Shown here: one piece after another, positions 58,165 through 64,000 of the stretch
Layout: every line of letters begins with the position of its first letter
Position numbering within the stretch: position 1 is the stretch's first letter
Source: the human T2T-CHM13v2.0 reference genome, Homo sapiens
Assembly: GCF_009914755.1 (NCBI RefSeq)
Contig: NC_060925.1
DNA length: 64,000 nt
Reading direction: 5' to 3' (one strand)
Notes under the pieces: model-generated
The model's database searches: none
Told to the model about the DNA's origin: nothing
The model's input: the letters and a program-made list of their open reading frames with translations, nothing else
Translations under genes and position numbers: made by a program

Positions 58165-61100
58165 TAATTTCATTTTTTAACATCTGAGTAGTATTCCACC
58201 ATGTATGTGTATACCACATACACACATATATATTACATATACCATATTTTCTTTATACATTTATCTAATGGTGTGCACTTGTGTTGATTCCATATCTTTG
58301 CTGTTATGAATTGTGTTTCAGTAAACATGGGGTGCAGGTATCCCTTTGATACATTGATTTCCTTTCCTTTGGATAAATACTCAGTAGTGGAATTGCTTGA
58401 TCATATGGTAGTTCTATTTTTAGTCTTTTGAGAAATCTCCATACTGTTTTCTATAATGGCTGTACTAATTTACATTCCCACCAACAAAGTATAAGAGCTC
58501 CCTTTTCTCCATATCTTTGCCAACATCTGTTGTTTTTTGCTTTTTTAATAATAGCCATTCTAACTAGGGTAAAATGATACCTCACTGTGATTTTGACTTG
58601 CACCTCCCTGATGATCAGAGATGTTGAACATTTTTTCATATACCTGTTTGCCATTTTAATGTCTTCTTTTGAAAAATGTCTATTCATGTCCTTAGCTCAC
58701 TTTTTAATGGGATTGTTATTATTATTATTTTTTTGCTGTTGAGTTGTTTGAGTTACTTGTACATTCTGGACATTAGTCCCCTCTCAGATGAATAGCTTGC
58801 AAATATTTTCTCGTCTTTAACAGGTCGTCTTTTCACTTTGTTGATGGTTTCTTTTTCTGTGTAGAAGCTTTTTAGTTTAATATAGTCCCATTTGTCTATT
58901 TGTGTTTTTGTTGCCTGTGCTTTTGAGGTCTTAGCCATAAAATCTTTGCCTAGACCAATCTCCTGGAATAACTCCCCTAAGTTTTCTTCCAGTAGTTTTA
59001 TAGTTTGGGGTCTTAAGTTTAGGTCTCTAATTCATTTTAAGTTGATTTTTGTATATGGTGAGAGATGGGTGTTTAGTTTCATTTTTCTGCATATGGTTAT
59101 CCAGTTTTCCCAGCACTATTGAAGCAAGCGTCCTTCCCTTAATGCATGTTCTTGGTGCCTTTGCTGAAAATCAGTTGGCTGTAAGTATATGAATTTATTT
59201 CTGGACTCTCTATTCTGTTTCATTGGTCTGTGTCTGTTTTTATACTAATACCATCCTGTTTTGGTTATTATAGCCTTGTAATATATTTTGAAGCCAGGTA
59301 GAATGATGCTTCCAGCTTTGTTCTTTTTGCTCAAGATTGCTTTGGCTTTTCAGGCTTTTTTGTTGTTCCTTATGAATTTTAGGATTGTTTTTTCTATTTC
59401 TGTGAAAAATGACACGGGTATTTTGATACAGATTACATTGAATCTGTAGGTTGCTTTGCAGCCTCTGTCCATTCTTCACAGAGGCCAGAGTAATACGGGA
59501 AACCATGGGCCTGATTACACCACTCTCTCTGTTGGAACCATCAATAACCCCCATTGTCACTCAGGATAAAGTGGAATACCCGATGACTCACAAGGACCTT
59601 ACAGGGCCTTGCCTCATGCCAGTCTCTCTGTCCCTACTATCTGCAGCCACCCTGGCCTCCTCCCAGCTCTTCCGATTCACTAAGCATTGCCTTGCTCCAG
59701 GGCCTTTGAAAGTGTTATTTTCTCTTTCTGGAAACTTCTTCCCTATCTCGTTGGGCCTGACTGCCCCCTCGCCCTCAGCCTTTAGGTCCCGATCCAAGTG
59801 CTGCTTCCTCGAGGATCTTTACAGAAATAGAATAATCCCTCCCCCATCATATACTTTCTGAGCACCACATATTTTGCCATAATTAATGATTTTCCATAAT
59901 TAATTGATCAATTATATCATTACTTAGTTAACATGTAGATAGCAAACTCCATGAGAACAGAGGCCATGTCTGTTCTGTCCCTAGCACCTAGCAGATTTCC
60001 TGGCATACAGCAGGCACTTGACTAATATCTGCTGAACAAATAAATGTAACAGAAAACTGAAGCTCAGAGAGGTTAAGTAATGTTCCCAAGGTCACATAGG
60101 GAGTGGCTGAGTCAAGATTTCAGTTGAGTGTCTCTGGTACCAGGATGGTAGTCTCCTCCACATCCCTGCTTGATAGTGGTTTGGTAAGCCATCCCGAGAT
60201 TTTCAAACTTCCCAACTGTAGGCAATGATTTCTGGACTTGTGCTAGAACTGAGGACTTGAGAACTTGAGATCCTCTGGCCAGAGCTACCAGTCTCCTCTG
60301 AAGGCGGCACCTTTACCATTTTAGCCATCCCTGCCTCTTGGGCTCATCCGACACCCTGGCCCTTGCATCATCCTGTTTTGATTGAAGATCCTGCAAAAGC
60401 TGTTTGGAGGTTTTCTCCCACTTTAGACAAGGCATCATATTTCATGGTTACAACTCCAGAGTCATAAAATATAACCTTCAGCTGACACCATAGTCCTAAA
60501 ATATTCATTTACACTTTCTCCTTCTCTGGCAATGGGCATTTTGCACCACCATTAAGTCATGCATATTCTCAGGTGCAGGTGTGTTATGCTGATAGTTGCC
60601 TTTCCAAGTTTATGACTTTATTTATGATCGACTTTAAGTTCTACGGAAATCTCTTCAATTAGCCATAATTTTAGAGAACTCTCCCTCAATCCTCTTTGAT
60701 TTCTGTTAACTCTACAATGACTGACAAATTTCAGGCAGGAAATGGAGAAAACAGGACATTATCCTCTCTACTTCAGGCCAGCTCTAGGGTACCATCTTGC
60801 ATGCCTAGAAGATTTGGGGTCCTTGGAATTGGCTTCTGTTCATATCATCTTCCCCAGGACCCCTCAGCCTCTGTGGAAATGAAGATGCCAACAGGCCCCA
60901 AAGGAGAAGCCACCATCTTCCAATTCCAGTGCAAGACTGAGAGCACCAGGGCAGGAGTGCCCCAAAGTTGCGGCCCACCCCCTTTTCTTGTGGTGAATGG
61001 TTTCGTGTGCCTAAACATGCTGGGGCCCCCAGAACTTGCTCAACTTCTTCAGTCCCCTCTTCCTGGGGGCTTTGGACTCTGCCCATTTATCCTTGGCTTT

Positions 61101-61234
61101 ATCAATGACACTCCTTAAAATGAAGAAATGACCAATTCTGAGAACATCACTATTGCTCCCAGACTCCTATAGTTACAGCCACCTAAGGTATCCTTCTGAG
61201 GGGAAGAATGTAGACAGGACATGGTATTTGATTA

Positions 61235-62475
61235 CATGACACTCCTTAGTGAGCTTTCATTATGGGCCAGGCATTGTGCAAAATGCTTCACCTGCATTTT
61301 CCCCTTTAATCTTCAAACCCTCGAGAGCATAGGTATTATCGTGCACATTTTACAGATGAGGAAACAGAGGCTCAGTGAGTTTTTAAGACTTCCTTGTGGT
61401 CACATAGCTACTAAATGTTGGAGCTAGGGTTTGAACCTAAGACCTTGTGACTCCAGGCCCACACCATTACCCACCTATTTGTCTGCCTCCTGGGCCTCAG
61501 TCACTATAATCCTGTTCCTGACATGGGCTAGGAGCAGGCTCCTGGAAGCACCAGACCCTGGAGATGGGGTTTTCCAGGCATGAGACGCTTCCTCCTGCTC
61601 CCTTCTCTTCTGCCTGGGGGCCTTTGTGCTGCCTCAAAAGTGCTGGTCCAGCTACCAGTGCTTAAGTGGAGGTGGGTGAACCTTGGGTCTGGCTTTCTTC
61701 ATAGGATGGAAAAGTAGTTTCCAGCCCCCACCCTGAAGCAGCATCTGTCCAACAGAATGACCTCAGGCCCTTTCCCAGAGGTTTCTCTCCTCAGGAATGC
61801 ATGGAAGGTCAAGGGGAAACCGCAAGAGACTGCCAGTCCCTGACTGGTGGAGCCATGCAGGGGATGCCTGCACCTGCAGGCCAAGCTCTCAGGCCCTGAA
61901 CCATCAGGCTGGAGAAGCTCTGGAAATCACAGCATCATTGTGAGTCTCCTGCTGTGGGCCAGAGGCCACCATCCTTGCCTGCAGTGGAGGGTGGTGGTCA
62001 AGATCATGGCTGTTAGGCACGTGGACTTGCGCTGAATCCTGGCTCCACCACTCTCAAGCTGTGTAATCACAGGTAAAGCACTGCACCTCTCTGGGCCTCA
62101 GTTTCCTCACTTGTAAGAGGAGATAACATTACCTTAACCTCCTTGGGAGTTGTGAGGATTACAACAGGTAATGCAGGACCTGGTACTTAGTTAGGGCTCA
62201 ATATGGTGGCCAGTGAGGCTGTGGCAGTGAGAATGACAATGATAGATACCCCTCACTGAGTCATAACTATGAACAAGGCCCTCTGCTATGTGCTTAGCAT
62301 TTATCAATGTGAACCTCACTGCCAACTTATGAGTTAAGTACCATTATTATTCCCATTTACAAATGAGAAAACTGGGGCATAGAGAGGTTGAGTAACTGGT
62401 CCCAAGCCACTCAGCCAGTGGGTGTAAGTGGCAAGGCCAGGATTTGAATCCAGGTGACTGGCCTCCAGAGCCCAT
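61235..62475. mobile_element. MIR cluster (about 61235-61460 -, 61990-62200 +, 62245-62475 -)
   Basis: Core motifs attttacagatgaggaaacagaggctcag and ctctgggcctcagtttcctcac. Confidence 0.7.
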
Positions 62476-62739
62476 ATCGTGAAACGTTCTGGTATAGTAA
62501 CAGTAATTGCAAAAGTGATGGAAGGCTAGTTATCCCAGTAGCAGTAGAGTTACCCTATCGTAAAGAGTGGCCTTGGGTAGCTGTGGTCGCTGTTGAGGCC
62601 CCAGTGCTCAGAATCACTCAAGGTGCACACTGCACCCGGCATAGTGTTTAGTGCCTTCTCCATGTTGTTAAATTTGATCAACACAATGGTGTCCAGCATG
62701 CAGTGCCCAGACCCTCTTTGCTATCTACAGTGTTGCCCT

Positions 62740-63256
62740 CTTATGCCTTTCCCAGATCTCTTTCTAGCTTAGGACTCCTTCCAGCTGCAGAATCAATGCC
62801 CCCATTTGGATGTCTCACAGGCGTCTCAAACGTTACCTGGACAAAGTGAGCTGTCTTGCTTCCCTTTAGGGCACATGCTTCCTGCCCTCTGTGCCAGTCA
62901 TCTCCATATTGGTCATTGGCATCCCCACCCACCAGCCCTCCAGGAAAAGCCTAGGAGTCAACTTTGGCCCTTTATTCTATCAGCCATCCAACCCATCTAT
63001 AAGGTCTGTTGGCTGTATCCCCAAAGCACAGCCCCAATCTACGCCTGTCCCTCCACCTCTACTCCGGCCACCCTCGACCAAGATGCAGCAACTCCAGCCT
63101 GGTTGCCCATAATAGCTGCCTCCTAACTGATCTTCTTATTGTGGCTCTTGCTCAGCTAGTATCCAGAGTGATCTTTTAAAAAAATTAAGTTAAATTGGAC
63201 TATACTTCTGCTTAAAACTCTCCCCTGGTTGCCTCCTGAACTCAGAACCAAGCCTA

Positions 63257-63288
<32 letters not shown>

Positions 63289-63998
63289 GAGATAGAGTCT
63301 TGCTCTGTCACTCAGGTTGGAGTGCAGTGGCATGATCTCAGCTCACTGAAACCTCCACCTCCCGGATTCAAGAGATTCTCCTGACTCAGCCTCCTGAGTA
63401 GCTGGGATTACAGGCATGTGACACCACGTCCAGCTAATTTTTGTATTTTTAGTAGAGATGGAGTTTCACCATGTTGGTCAGGCTGGTCTCAAACTCCTGA
63501 TCTCGCGATCTGCCCGCTTCAGCCTCCGCTTTCTTACCTTGCTTCACCCCATCCCTGCCCTCTCCACCCACCCCTCACTCTACTTTTGCCACAGGGGCTT
63601 GTTTTCTGTTCCTCTAGCGTGTCCAGTACTTTCCCCCACCTCAGGGCCTTTGCACTTGCTGCTTCTTTTGCCAGGAATGCCGTTTTCCAGGTCTTCACAC
63701 AACAGGCTCCTCCTTGTCACAGGACTCATTTCAGAGGCCACCTCCCCACAGAGGCCTCCCCTGACTGCTCCGTCTAAAGTAGCCTTCCCCATCACTGGCT
63801 AAGACTTTACTTCCTCGTAGCTCCTACCACCACCTGTTTATTTGGCGTGTGTATCTGTTTTCTGCCTCCTGGCTGCTAGAATGTAAACTCCAAGAGATCA
63901 TGGAATTTGGTCAGATTTGCTCATCATTCCAATTCTCTGAGTCTAGAACAATATTTGGCACTGTATAGGCAGTCAATAAATGATAATTGAATTAATGA
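62740..63998 (+). mobile_element. L2 3' remnant interrupted by an Alu
   Basis: tttggatgtctcacaggcgtctcaaac...cagggcctttgcacttgct...ctagaatgtaaactcc...cagtcaataaatg. Confidence 0.7.
63260..63527 (-). mobile_element. AluS (Sg-like), 5'-truncated
   Basis: Long poly-T, both arms, stops at ...cccgcttcagcctcc. Confidence 0.93.
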
Positions 63999-64000
63999 CT

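Larger units (their letters stand above)
56915..59458 (-). mobile_element. 5'-truncated L1MA hosting MST, MER1 and FLAM insertions
   Basis: Minus-strand ORFs 58451-58687 ([21 protein letters not shown]) and 58753-58938 ([19 protein letters not shown]) are ORF2p remnants; L1 sequence continues across each insert. Confidence 0.9.

Noticed and set aside
59876-59914. ccataattaat duplication and 14-bp palindrome taattgatcaatta
   Set aside because: Short AT-rich slippage product inside an L2-like remnant.

Overview
Primate (almost certainly human) genomic DNA, nearly all intronic and rich in Alu, L1, L2, MIR, MaLR/ERVL LTRs and hAT MERs. The only convincing host coding sequence is a 208-bp minus-strand exon (51918-52125) encoding most of a CUB domain. 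I recognise it as the second CUB domain of CSMD2, so the window is one exon plus parts of two large introns. The other ORFs in the track are chance ORFs or repeat-derived (L1 ORF2 remnants, Alu read-throughs). I found no new multi-gene system. The best second-look signals are: (1) two 40-50 bp patches near 8.0-8.3 kb apparently copied from templates about 1.3 kb away on either side; (2) a 28-bp inverted repeat ~270 nt after the exon donor that pairs fully only on the CSMD2 sense strand; (3) a REST/RE1-like site shortened by one base; (4) a young L1PA with a 5' micro-inversion and an apparent short 3' transduction; (5) a two-LTR MLT1 provirus with nested insertions; (6) homeobox-rich putative enhancers. 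Repeat subfamily names come from remembered consensus sequences, and old-repeat boundaries are approximate.
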